Positions 19,738-29,564 of a DNA stretch of 64,000 bases are shown one piece after another (within the stretch, counting starts at the first letter, position 1; every line of letters begins with the position of its first letter). Origin of the DNA: Obrimoposthia wandeli (taxonomy: Eukaryota); the NCBI GenBank assembly GCA_977020255.1, contig CDROCS010002735.1, forward strand, positions 62,001 through 126,000, in the 5' to 3' direction. The notes beneath the pieces are model-generated. The model ran no database searches. It was given only the letters and a program-made list of their open reading frames with translations, and was not told where the DNA came from. Position numbers and translations under genes: made by a program.

Positions 19738-21295
19738 CGTTTGCCTGATCTACCATTCTATTCATAGCAGGCTTTCGAATAGTTTGATGTGTTGAAAAAT
19801 AATCGGAAACAATATTCCAAATTCTACCTTTGTTAAATAAATTATTAATTGGCTTCTTGTTTTTAAGCATATAGTAGTCGTCTCCTCCTTTTAAAAAATA
19901 GTCTTGGAGAGCCATTGTATAAATTTTGTTTTCCACCACCGCTTTGCCTGCAATTTTTAGGGATTTTAATCGACTACCTACAGGTACTGAGGAGTCGTAC
20001 ACAGCCTTCATACCAGAAATATTGAGAAACCTGCCATCAATATGCTCTATTCTACTGACTGAATTTTCCATCATTTGTAGCAACTCTGTTCCAGATATTT
20101 CTATTACGACATAAAAGCCGCCGAAAGGAAATTCTCGTTGAATGTCGCCACGGGTAAATTTATACCCCACAGGATAAATAGCAGAGTTGCGTATTGATCC
20201 GCTGTTCAAAATGGCGATTTCTGTCTTTGCATGTGCATGTAGTGCATCTACAAATACGTTTGCCAATGCGGTTTCTCTCGTTCTGATTTGGTTTTTTTCT
20301 GTCGTGAACTTATCTGCAGCCGTAGCTATTTCTTCGTTGTACAAACTACCTAAGCGTAATTGATACTTTTTAATGAAATTAACTATTTCAGCATTAGCAG
20401 GATATTCATTAAGCTGCTCAATGCGCGCAGATATTTTCTGCGCTGCACTATAATCTATATCAACGACAACAGCATCACCGTCTTGGCCACCACCTAGTAC
20501 AATGGTTGTTTCGTTTTTGGTGATAATTTCATCCTTACCGTCAATAGCAACCAGTATTAAGTCAAATCTGTATTTATCCGCTATTGCTATCGCCGCTTCC
20601 TTTTTTAGATCGGTCATCAGAATTTTCATATCGGATGTTGCTTGCGCTGTAACAATTTTTTTTAAAACACTATCAAGATTTTCGATTTTAGCAAACTTTG
20701 GAGCATAAGTTATTAACGTTCTAGGACTAATGATAGAGGCTACTGAAATTGATTTGCCTTCAATATTGAATTGATAATCGGAGAATAAACCCTCGATTGT
20801 TGTATTGTTACGTGCATCCGTCATATTGCTACTAACGATTGGAAACTGAGCATCATGTGCCCTTAATGATAGAACATCTACATCATAACTAAGCTCTCTT
20901 TTCCCGACCGAATACAGAGACACATCCATGATATTGGCTAAGGATATAATATTACGTGCTTTATCAAACAGCGATATAGCGCTTGGTGAGAAACTATCTC
21001 CACCGTGTAAAAACAAAGTGTTTTTATTTTGATTAGCTCTTATCTTTTCTAGCAAAGAGCCTAATTGTGGAAAATGCGCCACTTCTTTGTCTAGCAAAAT
21101 ATCTGGCTGGTTTGAGGTATACACAATTGTCGTATTGGCAGCTAATGAGCATGAAAAAAGAGAAATCATAACAATGTTAACTATTTTAATGCTGTCTTTA
21201 CTATATTGTCGGCTCAATGCCGTTAGTTTTTCAATAATCAAGTTGGACTCCTGCATTGTTATCAATATAGCATCAGTTGAAGGTATGTCTAGCAA
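19727..21295 (-). CDS. 5'-nucleotidase-fold periplasmic protein with degenerate metallophosphoesterase site
   Basis: HGGDS, NSGSIR, FPFGG, GRFLNISG and GGDDY motifs; signal-like ISLFSCSLAA; GNHE replaced by GKRE; true start is probably downstream of 21295. Confidence 0.85.
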   Translation of the reverse strand: MLDIPSTDAILITMQESNLIIEKLTALSRQYSKDSIKIVNIVMISLFSCSLAANTTIVYTSNQPDILLDKEVAHFPQLGSLLEKIRANQNKNTLFLHGGDSFSPSAISLFDKARNIISLANIMDVSLYSVGKRELSYDVDVLSLRAHDAQFPIVSSNMTDARNNTTIEGLFSDYQFNIEGKSISVASIISPRTLITYAPKFAKIENLDSVLKKIVTAQATSDMKILMTDLKKEAAIAIADKYRFDLILVAIDGKDEIITKNETTIVLGGGQDGDAVVVDIDYSAAQKISARIEQLNEYPANAEIVNFIKKYQLRLGSLYNEEIATAADKFTTEKNQIRTRETALANVFVDALHAHAKTEIAILNSGSIRNSAIYPVGYKFTRGDIQREFPFGGFYVVIEISGTELLQMMENSVSRIEHIDGRFLNISGMKAVYDSSVPVGSRLKSLKIAGKAVVENKIYTMALQDYFLKGGDDYYMLKNKKPINNLFNKGRIWNIVSDYFSTHQTIRKPAMNRMVDQANDEN

Positions 21296-21621
21296 GCCAA
21301 TCCTTAGCTAGTTCTCATCCTGAAACGGGGCCGTAACGAGGGCGTCTCAATGGTTCAAGATGTGTGCTACTAGCTTAGGTCATTCCAAATAAACTAGTGG
21401 TGCTCGGTGATCTCTATGGCATCTGTTTCTGGATGGGAACTTGATTGAAACAATATGACTTATTGGTGTAAAAGGCAAAAGAGATTGGAATTTATGAACA
21501 ACAATGGTTAGGTAACAAGTAGTACTGTTTGATATATTGAAAAATATGTATGGTTTAAGATACATAAAAGAAACTAACGTACAATTTCTTCTATGTAATA
21601 TATTTAGGTTATCTCGATAAA

Positions 21622-22410
21622 TTAATCGCCGTCTAAGATACGACCCAAACCGCCTAAAGCTGAGCCTTCTCCCTTGCTGTTTCCGCCATGACCAGCAGCA
21701 CTTTGAAAAATACGGTCAGCAAGACGTGAAAAAGGCATACTTTGTAGCCAAACAGTACCGTGGCCCGATAAAGTTGCTAGAAACATGCCCTCTCCGCCGA
21801 ATACCATTGATTTTAACCCACCGGATCTTTCAATGTCGTACTCAATGCCTGAAGTAAACGCCACTAAGCAGCCGGTATCAACACGTAACGTCTCACCCTT
21901 AAGCTCTTTTTTAATCAAAGTGCCGCCTGCATGTATAAATGCCATGCCATCGCCTTCTAAGGTTTGTAAGATAAATCCTTCACCTCCAAAGAATCCAGCA
22001 CCTAATTTACGATTAAACGTGATAGACACTTTTGTTCCCAGTGCTGCGGCTAAAAATGCATCTTTCTGGCAGGTGATTTTAGAGCCTAACTGATTCATAT
22101 CTAACGGTACAATGCAGCCAGGGTATGGCGCTGAAAATGCTACTCGCTGTTTACTTGACCCCTCGTTACTAAAGTGGGTAGTAAATATTGATTCCCCCGT
22201 TAGCTTGCGTTTTGCCGCTGAAAACAGTTTTGACATAACCCCTTCATCGGGTGTTGAGCCATCTCCCATTTTAGCTTCAAAACTAATATCCTGTTCCATA
22301 TAGTTCATAGCGCCAGCTTCAGCAATCACTGTTTCATTTGGGTCTAATTCAATTTCAACTAATTGAATATCGTGACCTATGATTTCGTAATCGACTTCAT
22401 GACATTTCAT
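21622..22410 (-). CDS. TIGR00266/AIM24-family protein
   Basis: [10 protein letters not shown] start, [16 protein letters not shown] and VWLQS motifs. Confidence 0.9.
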   Translation of the reverse strand: MKCHEVDYEIIGHDIQLVEIELDPNETVIAEAGAMNYMEQDISFEAKMGDGSTPDEGVMSKLFSAAKRKLTGESIFTTHFSNEGSSKQRVAFSAPYPGCIVPLDMNQLGSKITCQKDAFLAAALGTKVSITFNRKLGAGFFGGEGFILQTLEGDGMAFIHAGGTLIKKELKGETLRVDTGCLVAFTSGIEYDIERSGGLKSMVFGGEGMFLATLSGHGTVWLQSMPFSRLADRIFQSAAGHGGNSKGEGSALGGLGRILDGD

Positions 22411-22597
22411 ATATAATCCTTTCAATGCTAAGCTATTAAATAGAGCGTTTATCAATCTTAATAATTTATAACATAATAGCACAAAATCAAATCAATTCTG
22501 ATAGTTGAACTGTCTCTTAACGACAGCAGGTCATTTTCCATTTGATATCGTTGGTTGTTTATCGCATTATTATTTTTTGAGTAAAAGAGTGGTTATA

Positions 22598-23017
22598 ATG
22601 ATAAATATTGAAAAGCATTTAGGTGGGTGTTTATGTGAAGCAGTTAGATATCAGGTTAATGCTCTCTTAAGGCCTGTGGTTGCATGTCATTGTCGTCAAT
22701 GCCAGAAAACATCAGGTTTTCATGTAGCGGCGACTAATGTCGCCCAGCAAGATTTAACTTTCCTAAGTGCAGATAGTTTAAAGTGGTACCATTCATCTAG
22801 TTTTGCTAAACGTGGTTTTTGCGGTTCGTGTGGGTCAAATTTGTTTTGGAAGGCGTTAAACAGTGACTCAATATCCATTTTTGCCGGCACCCTAGACCAA
22901 CCTACCGGTTTAAAAATTGTTGAGCATGTTTATGTGCAAGACAAAGGCGATTATTATCAGCTAAATGATAATTTACCTAAACACGATAACTTTGATGGAT
23001 CCATTTGTGATTATTAA
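22598..23017 (+). CDS. GFA (CENP-V-like) zinc-binding protein
   Basis: GGCLC, CHCRQCQK and FCGSCGS motifs; start MINIEKH. Confidence 0.9.
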   Translation: MINIEKHLGGCLCEAVRYQVNALLRPVVACHCRQCQKTSGFHVAATNVAQQDLTFLSADSLKWYHSSSFAKRGFCGSCGSNLFWKALNSDSISIFAGTLDQPTGLKIVEHVYVQDKGDYYQLNDNLPKHDNFDGSICDY

Positions 23018-23102
23018 GCTAGTTTTTAACACTCAATTTCGAGCACAGTCATGTAAAAGTTTGAAATTATTTACTCAGGTTTCGCTCCTATTATAATTAC
23101 TT

Positions 23103-23253
23103 CATTGCTGTCCGGTTAAAAAGTGTAAGCTCTTTACTCAGTGATTTGTGGTTTTCTAGCATAGTTAGTCGGATTTTTTCAGCCGAATAATGCTTGTGGC
23201 TAACGTAAAATCAATGAGTTAAAGAACAACAAAAATTATACCCGACACTAATG
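23103..23253 (+). mobile_element. MITE-like repeat family A, copy 1
   Basis: Starts CATTGCTGTCCGGTT, ends CCCGACACTAATG; collinear with 32344-32496; long imperfect terminal inverted arms. Confidence 0.75.
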
Positions 23254-23268
23254 TAGTTACTTGCGAAT

Positions 23269-23934
23269 ATGTTTAAAAAAATACCTTCTTTTTTATCAAA
23301 AGTACTCTTTGTCTGGATACTCTTCAGCGTATCTTGGGTGTTGCTCTATAAATTCACTGCGGTTGTATACACCCCTCTTATGGCGATTCGCTACGTTGAA
23401 AAAACAGAATTAACACGTATTGAGCATCAATGGGTTCCTATAACTGAAATCGCCAGAAGCATGCGCCAAGCAGTAGTTAGCGCTGAGGATCAACAGTTTT
23501 TTAAACACTCAGGTTTTGATTTCCAAGCGATTAAAACAGCAATATCTGATTACAATCGTGGAAAGCCTTTAAGAGGCGGTAGTACTATTTCTCAGCAATG
23601 CGCTAAGAATGTTTTTTTATGGCCACAGCGCAGCTGGGTAAGAAAAAGCTTTGAGGTCTGGTTTACATTTTTAATTGAAATACTTTGGAGTAAAGAGCGG
23701 ATTTTAGAGGTGTACCTCAATAGCATCGAAATGGGAAATGGTGTTTTTGGAGTTCAAGCTGCTGCCAAATATTGGTTCAACAGATCAGCATCTCAATTGA
23801 CATATAACCAGGCATCCGCAATCGCAGCTATCTTACCTAATCCTATTAAATACTCAGCTCATCCTCCTAGCCGTTATATTAAAAAACGAATCCTCTGGAT
23901 TCGCCAACAAATGCGCAATAATTTAAATCATTAG
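23269..23934 (+). CDS. mtgA: Monofunctional peptidoglycan transglycosylase
   Basis: AEDQQF..HSGFD, GGSTISQQCAKN, RKSFE and YLNSIEMG motifs. Confidence 0.93.
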   Translation: MFKKIPSFLSKVLFVWILFSVSWVLLYKFTAVVYTPLMAIRYVEKTELTRIEHQWVPITEIARSMRQAVVSAEDQQFFKHSGFDFQAIKTAISDYNRGKPLRGGSTISQQCAKNVFLWPQRSWVRKSFEVWFTFLIEILWSKERILEVYLNSIEMGNGVFGVQAAAKYWFNRSASQLTYNQASAIAAILPNPIKYSAHPPSRYIKKRILWIRQQMRNNLNH

Positions 23935-23972
23935 TACGATTTCAGCCATGGTTGACTACCGTTATTAAAATT

Positions 23973-24009
23973 TGTCCGTATTCTAGAATAAATGTCTAGA
24001 ATATGGACA
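23973..24009. promoter_or_regulatory. Inverted repeat, probable enhancer (UAS) for a sigma54 EBP
   Basis: TGTCCGTATTCTAGA-N7-TCTAGAATATGGACA (14/15 arms), about 100 bp upstream of the -24/-12 motif. Confidence 0.6.
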
Positions 24010-24088
24010 TGCAGATACAGAGCTATCATTAGTTTGAACATTTATAGATGATGTCAGCTATTTTAATTATGAAAAGAAAGTAATTTTA

Positions 24089-24105
24089 TTGGCCTACTAA
24101 TTGCT
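24089..24105 (+). promoter_or_regulatory. sigma54 -24/-12 promoter of the acyl-CoA ligase gene
   Basis: TTGGCCTACTAATTGCT: GG-N10-GC, close to TGGCAC-N5-TTGCW. Confidence 0.7.
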
Positions 24106-24271
24106 TTTATAGAGAACATAGAAATATTAGGTAGTACATTTCAATTACGTAACAAACACAGCTCGGCACTATTTATAATTAGCAAAAAAACTCAATATAA
24201 AGCTATATATGAATACCTAGCTATTCGACTTAACTAGAACATCACGATTATTAACAAAGGCTATTGCTAAA

Positions 24272-25882
24272 ATGCTAATTCATAACAAAAATTATCAGCA
24301 ACTGTATGACTCTTTTCAGGCGGACTTTCCACATGAATATAATATCGGTGTTGACGTATGTGATAAATGGTATTACAAATCCCCTGAAAAATTAGCCATC
24401 ATCCACAAGCTAGAAGATGGCTCTGTGAAGAACTACAGTTTCACTGATTTATACCAGCAATCTAATGCAATTTGTAACATGCTAATAGACGATGGTTTTA
24501 TTTGTGGGGATGCTGTTGCCATTTTATTGCCTCAATCTCCTGAAGTCGCATTTGGTCATATCGCCACTTATAAACTAGGAGGCATTGCTATACCTTTGTT
24601 TGCTCTTTTTGGTGAACAAGCTATTAAGTTTAGATTGCAAAACAGTGGCGCCAAGTTTGTTATTACCAATCGAGAAAGCGCGCGAAAAATAACAAGCATG
24701 ATTAATGAGCTACCGGACTTAGAAAAAATTTACTGCATAGATGGAGATCAAGATGGCTGTGATTCTCTTTATCAATGCCTTGAAAGTAAAAGCACTGAAT
24801 TTACTCCCGTTAAAACAACCTTAGAGACTCCTGCTGTTATTATTTATACTTCAGGAACTACTGGTCAACCAAAAGGAGCGCTACATTGTCATAAAGTACT
24901 GTTAGGGCACCTTCCTGGGGTTGAAATGTCTCACAATTTTTTCCCGCAAGAGGATGATCTAATTTGGACACCTGCAGACTGGGCCTGGATTGGCGGCTTA
25001 TACGATGTCCTGATGCCTGCTCTGCATCATGGCGTTCCCGTTGTTTGTCATCGCTTTAGAAAGTTTATACCTGAAAAAGTGTTTGAGCTTATTTCAGAAC
25101 TATCGATAAAGAATATTTTTCTGCCCCCTACAGCTATTAAAATGCTATCAACCGTTGAAGCTCCTCAAAAACGCTGGAAATTTGCGGTGCGAACCATCGC
25201 TAGTGGCGGAGAAAGTTTAGGGGAGTCCTTACATCAGTGGGGAAAAGATACGTTTGATTTAACGATCAATGAATTTTATGGGCAAACGGAATGCAATATG
25301 GTTATTTCTTCATGCTCTGAAATCATGCATACCCCAGCAGGCTATATGGGAAAAGCAGTGCCTGGACACACAGTCGAAATTATAGATGATTCGGGCAATA
25401 TTTTACCCGCAAATCAAATCGGCAATATAGCGGTTTATAATGATAGCCCTTCAAAGTTTCTTTATTATTGGAAAAACAATAGTGAATCAATCAAAAAATA
25501 TACTGGTAATTGGCTGGTTACAGGAGATTGCGGCTCTAAAAATGAAGCGGGGTTTATTAAATTTTTTGCTCGTGATGATGATGTTATTACCAGTTCTGGT
25601 TATAGAATTGGGCCTGGGGAAATAGAAGACTGCCTACTTATGCATGAGTCGATTAAAATGTCGGCGGTAATCGGTAAGCCGGATGCTACCAGAACAGAAA
25701 TCGTAAAAGCGTTTGTGATATTAAATGAGAAATTCCAACCCTCCCAAGCGCTAAAGCTTGAAATAATGGATTTTGTAAAAACGAAATTATCTGCTCATGA
25801 ATATCCAAGAGAGATTGAGTTTATTGATGAATTACCAATGACAACAACAGGTAAGATCATTAGAAAACAGCTCCCTAGATAA
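24272..25882 (+). CDS. Short/medium-chain acyl-CoA synthetase (AMP-binding)
   Basis: YTSGTTGQPKG, YGQTE, TGD, GYRIGPGEIE and TTTGK motifs. Confidence 0.93.
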   Translation: MLIHNKNYQQLYDSFQADFPHEYNIGVDVCDKWYYKSPEKLAIIHKLEDGSVKNYSFTDLYQQSNAICNMLIDDGFICGDAVAILLPQSPEVAFGHIATYKLGGIAIPLFALFGEQAIKFRLQNSGAKFVITNRESARKITSMINELPDLEKIYCIDGDQDGCDSLYQCLESKSTEFTPVKTTLETPAVIIYTSGTTGQPKGALHCHKVLLGHLPGVEMSHNFFPQEDDLIWTPADWAWIGGLYDVLMPALHHGVPVVCHRFRKFIPEKVFELISELSIKNIFLPPTAIKMLSTVEAPQKRWKFAVRTIASGGESLGESLHQWGKDTFDLTINEFYGQTECNMVISSCSEIMHTPAGYMGKAVPGHTVEIIDDSGNILPANQIGNIAVYNDSPSKFLYYWKNNSESIKKYTGNWLVTGDCGSKNEAGFIKFFARDDDVITSSGYRIGPGEIEDCLLMHESIKMSAVIGKPDATRTEIVKAFVILNEKFQPSQALKLEIMDFVKTKLSAHEYPREIEFIDELPMTTTGKIIRKQLPR

Positions 25883-25906
25883 ATATCTTAATAATTTAAA
25901 TATATG

Positions 25907-26019
25907 CTAGCAGTCTGTCGAGCTTGGCCGATCGTAGCGAGAAAAAGTGATTATTAGGCGACGAGCTGTTTCTTAAAATAAAATTCAGGGTTTGAGTGTT
26001 AAGCCCGACAGGCTGCTAT
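25907..26019. mobile_element. MITE-like repeat family B, copy 1 (113 bp, internally shortened)
   Basis: TIR CTAGCAGTCTGTCGAGCTT ... AAGCCCGACAGGCTGCTAT; homologous to 48161-48326 in the opposite orientation. Confidence 0.75.
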
Positions 26020-26046
26020 CGTTCTCTTAAATGATAAATGATAACT

Positions 26047-27462
26047 TTAAAGCCCATATCTTTTAAGTTTGACATATAGCGATGACCTTGGTATTTCAAG
26101 CATATCAGCGGTTAAGGATTTATTGTTGTTGCATTTGATAAGTGTTTCAGTGATGATTTTTTCTTCGTACTGAGCGACCATGTCACTTAATGATTGTGCA
26201 TTGGGAAGCGAAACTTGTTCATCTATAACTGTTAGTGCCTTTTTTTCTCGAGCACCCAAGATTATAGCTAAATCTTCCTTTCTAATAATAGTGTTGTTGT
26301 TCATAGCACAGGCTCTTTCGAGCACATTTTTAAGCTCCCTAACATTCCCAGGCCAATCATGATGCTTTAAATGTATGATGGCTGCATCACTAATAAATCG
26401 AGGAGCGCTATTTTCTTGAGCAGATATACTATCCAAAATAGCTTCACATAATAAATCAATATCATCTAACCTCTTTCTTAAAGGCGGGATTTCGATTGGG
26501 ATTACATTTAAACGATAATATAGATCTGCTCTAAAAGAACCTTTAGCGACTAACTTTTCAAGATTAACGCTGGTTGCAGCGATAACTCTAATATCAATAG
26601 GGATAATTTTGTTTGATCCAACAGGTTCTATTTCCCTTTCCTGTAGGGCACGTAGCAATTTAGATTGCACATTCATTGACATATCGGCTATTTCATCTAA
26701 AAATAAAGTGCCTCCATTGGCAAGCTGCATTTTCCCCATTCTTCCTTGCTTGCTGACACCAGTATAAGCGCCGCCAACAGCGCCAAAAAATTCAACCTCA
26801 GCCAGGTTTTCGGGTATTGCAGCAACATTGATCGCTACAAATTTTTCTGAGGATCTCGCTGATAAAGAATGAATGGCTTGTGCAATCAGTTCTTTACCTG
26901 TGCCGGTTTCACCAGAGATAATCATTGAAGCTTTAGAGCTAGCAGCTTGCCTTGCTTGCTTTTTTACCGATGTGATGGCATCACTGGTGCCTATAACATT
27001 TTTTAAGCTGTATTTTACAACACGTTCGTAGCTTACTTTTTTTTGAGTTTGCGTAAGATCTTTTGTTAAATTTGCTATTTTTCTTATGACGGGTTCAATA
27101 TTTTCAAGATTACCGAATAACAAAAATCCAAAGGCGCCAATTATGACACCGTCACTATCTTTTAAAGGGAACCGGGACACAGCTGCCCAGCCTTTTTCAT
27201 ACTCAAGCAGGTCAAACAAAATCGTTTTTCCGCTTTTAATGACATAAGGTAATTTACTGCCTTCGATAACATCCCAAACATTTCTCCCTACCACTTGCTC
27301 TGTACTACTAAAACCTAGAAAGCGTAGATAATTATCATTTATCCAAACTATTTCCGACTTTATGTTAACTGTAATGGCACCTGTAACTGCATTTTCGATT
27401 GTTTCATACAAGCCTTGTTTTGCAAGGGTTTGTAGATTTTGAAAATTGACAGTTGTTTGCAT
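26047..27462 (-). CDS. PAS-AAA+-Fis-HTH sigma54 enhancer-binding protein
   Basis: GETGTGKE, GAYTGV (GAFTGA variant), FLDEI, FRADLYYRLNV, WPGNVREL, C-terminal HTH. Confidence 0.93.
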   Translation of the reverse strand: MQTTVNFQNLQTLAKQGLYETIENAVTGAITVNIKSEIVWINDNYLRFLGFSSTEQVVGRNVWDVIEGSKLPYVIKSGKTILFDLLEYEKGWAAVSRFPLKDSDGVIIGAFGFLLFGNLENIEPVIRKIANLTKDLTQTQKKVSYERVVKYSLKNVIGTSDAITSVKKQARQAASSKASMIISGETGTGKELIAQAIHSLSARSSEKFVAINVAAIPENLAEVEFFGAVGGAYTGVSKQGRMGKMQLANGGTLFLDEIADMSMNVQSKLLRALQEREIEPVGSNKIIPIDIRVIAATSVNLEKLVAKGSFRADLYYRLNVIPIEIPPLRKRLDDIDLLCEAILDSISAQENSAPRFISDAAIIHLKHHDWPGNVRELKNVLERACAMNNNTIIRKEDLAIILGAREKKALTVIDEQVSLPNAQSLSDMVAQYEEKIITETLIKCNNNKSLTADMLEIPRSSLYVKLKRYGL

Positions 27463-28287
27463 TTAGATACCATTGATTGTGTGTATTAAAGATCAATAAG
27501 ATCTCAGTTGTTATTGGCTAATTATGTATATTAAACAGAGCAACTATTGTACTGGGTTATGTTGATTATTCTTAGTTAATTTTGCAAGTCACTATTATAT
27601 GCTTTCTGGATATGAATATGGATATTTGGAGGAAATTAGTATCACTTTGAATGAGGTCTTTACTAAATTAATCGTTGTATCTGTTACACATCTCTATCGT
27701 AAACTTTCAATGGGCCATGCACCCGTTTAAGTGCAAACAATAAATCGTTAGGTTTAGATAAGGGCAAAAGAGCATTCACATATAGTGTCTAGCCGATAAT
27801 AAAGTAAAACAAAGTTTGGATAGTTAAATATGGAAATAAATATTCAAAATGCGTGGAAGAATAGGCGCTTATCTTTACGCAATTACAAAGTGTAATTTTT
27901 GTATCATTATAAAAAAATAACTAAAAGATTGAACTATTTAATGAACAATTGATGAATATTTTCTAGTAAGAAGTTATGATCCTTATTAATGGTGTAAGAT
28001 TTCATCATAATATATTTTATAAAACCGAATTAGCTTTAAATACATACCTTTGATATATGGTTTTCTTAGTGGCCAGTAATGAGTTGTATTAACAATATAC
28101 GATGGTTTATAAATACGTATAATGAATAAGCATTTGTTTTCTAAGACAAAATAGTTTTAATAAAAGATTATAATTCAGATCTCTGTTGATAATTTGTGAT
28201 GATTCTCAATTTAAGAGAATTTTAACTTGATAATCAGTACATAATAAATCGATATAGACGACAAATAAAAAGGAATAGGTATATATA

Positions 28288-29166
28288 ATGAACAACTATC
28301 AAACATTCAAAAAAGCAGCTGGTGTAATAACGCTGTCGCTTGTCATCACAGGCTGTGCTTCGACGTCTAACAATACATCGCAGCCAGGCACCTGGGACAC
28401 TAAACGTGTTTTATGTGTTGCCGCTGGCGGTCTTGCGGGTATTGCAATGGATGCGGCTGCTAATCGTGATAACGACAGCAAATCTGGCGCTGCTGGTGCA
28501 TTGGTAGGAGCTGGTTTAGGCGCAATATTCTGTGCCCCAGGTGTTGTATTGGATGGCGATAAAGACGGTGTAATCGATAAGATAGATGAATGCCCGTACA
28601 CACCTTTAGGAACGGCCGTAAATGAAGTTGGCTGTACACTTGATGATGATAAAGACGGCGTTGCAAACAGCATTGATCAATGCCCTAACACACCACTAGG
28701 CACCAAAGTTGATGAAACTGGTTGTGAAGTTGTAAATGACCAAGATGGTGACGGTGTATTAGATGAAGCTGATCAGTGCCCTGATACCCCAGCAGGCATG
28801 GCTGTAAATTCTATCGGTTGTGATGAAAACGTTGCTATTGTACTTGAAGGTGTTTTCTTTGAGTATAAGTCATTTGATCTAACAGTAGATTCAAAGCAGA
28901 TACTTGATAATGTAGCTAGCAAACTTGTCGCCGCTCAAGCTGAAGTATTAGTTGCAGGACACACTGACTCTATTGGCGGTAACGCTTATAACATTCAGCT
29001 TTCTGACAAGCGTGCTGCCTCAGTTAGACAATACCTTATCTCTCAAGGTGTTCCTTCAAATAATATTGCCTCTGAAGGTTTTGGCGAAAACAACCCTGTT
29101 GCTAGTAATGAAACAGATGATGGACGTGCTCAAAATAGACGTGTAGAAATGCAAATTCAAAACTAA
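28288..29166 (+). CDS. OmpA-family lipoprotein with three thrombospondin type-3 (DxDxDG) repeats
   Basis: Lipobox VITG|C, glycine zipper, three DxDxDGV..D.CP.TP repeats, GHTDSIG and NRRVE OmpA motifs. Confidence 0.92.
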   Translation: MNNYQTFKKAAGVITLSLVITGCASTSNNTSQPGTWDTKRVLCVAAGGLAGIAMDAAANRDNDSKSGAAGALVGAGLGAIFCAPGVVLDGDKDGVIDKIDECPYTPLGTAVNEVGCTLDDDKDGVANSIDQCPNTPLGTKVDETGCEVVNDQDGDGVLDEADQCPDTPAGMAVNSIGCDENVAIVLEGVFFEYKSFDLTVDSKQILDNVASKLVAAQAEVLVAGHTDSIGGNAYNIQLSDKRAASVRQYLISQGVPSNNIASEGFGENNPVASNETDDGRAQNRRVEMQIQN

Positions 29167-29182
29167 ATAATGATACTTTAAT

Positions 29183-29210
29183 AAAACCGGCTATTGAGCC
29201 GGTTTTTTTT
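29183..29210 (+). terminator. Rho-independent terminator
   Basis: AAAACCGGCT-ATTG-AGCCGGTTTT plus T-run. Confidence 0.85.
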
Positions 29211-29564
29211 CGAAAAAAATTGATAGCAATGCTGAGGAGTTTGTTTATTGATTAACCTAGTCATTGCTGTTTAATTTATTGGTACTTAATATGCTTGCTT
29301 ACGTTTCATATTCAAAATAAGCTTTCCATAAAAAATAGCAAAATATTGACTTTTTTAGCTAACTATCATGAAAACATAGACTAAAGTGTTAATCACCCAT
29401 AAAAACAAAGTATTTAAAATGGGATTGTCGACAATATTGGCCTTTTCAGGTACAATTGGTCCCCATATCAAGATCTAGAGCAATTCTAGTGAATAAATTA
29501 GATATATGCCGACATTTTCATATTATAGTAATTAAACGGCAGACAAACAGATGAGGGCTAAACC

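Noticed and set aside
21309-21319. 11-bp TAGTTCTCATC at both ends of the nucleotidase-like gene (also 19728-19738)
   Set aside because: Too short to separate from chance; one copy is constrained by coding overlap
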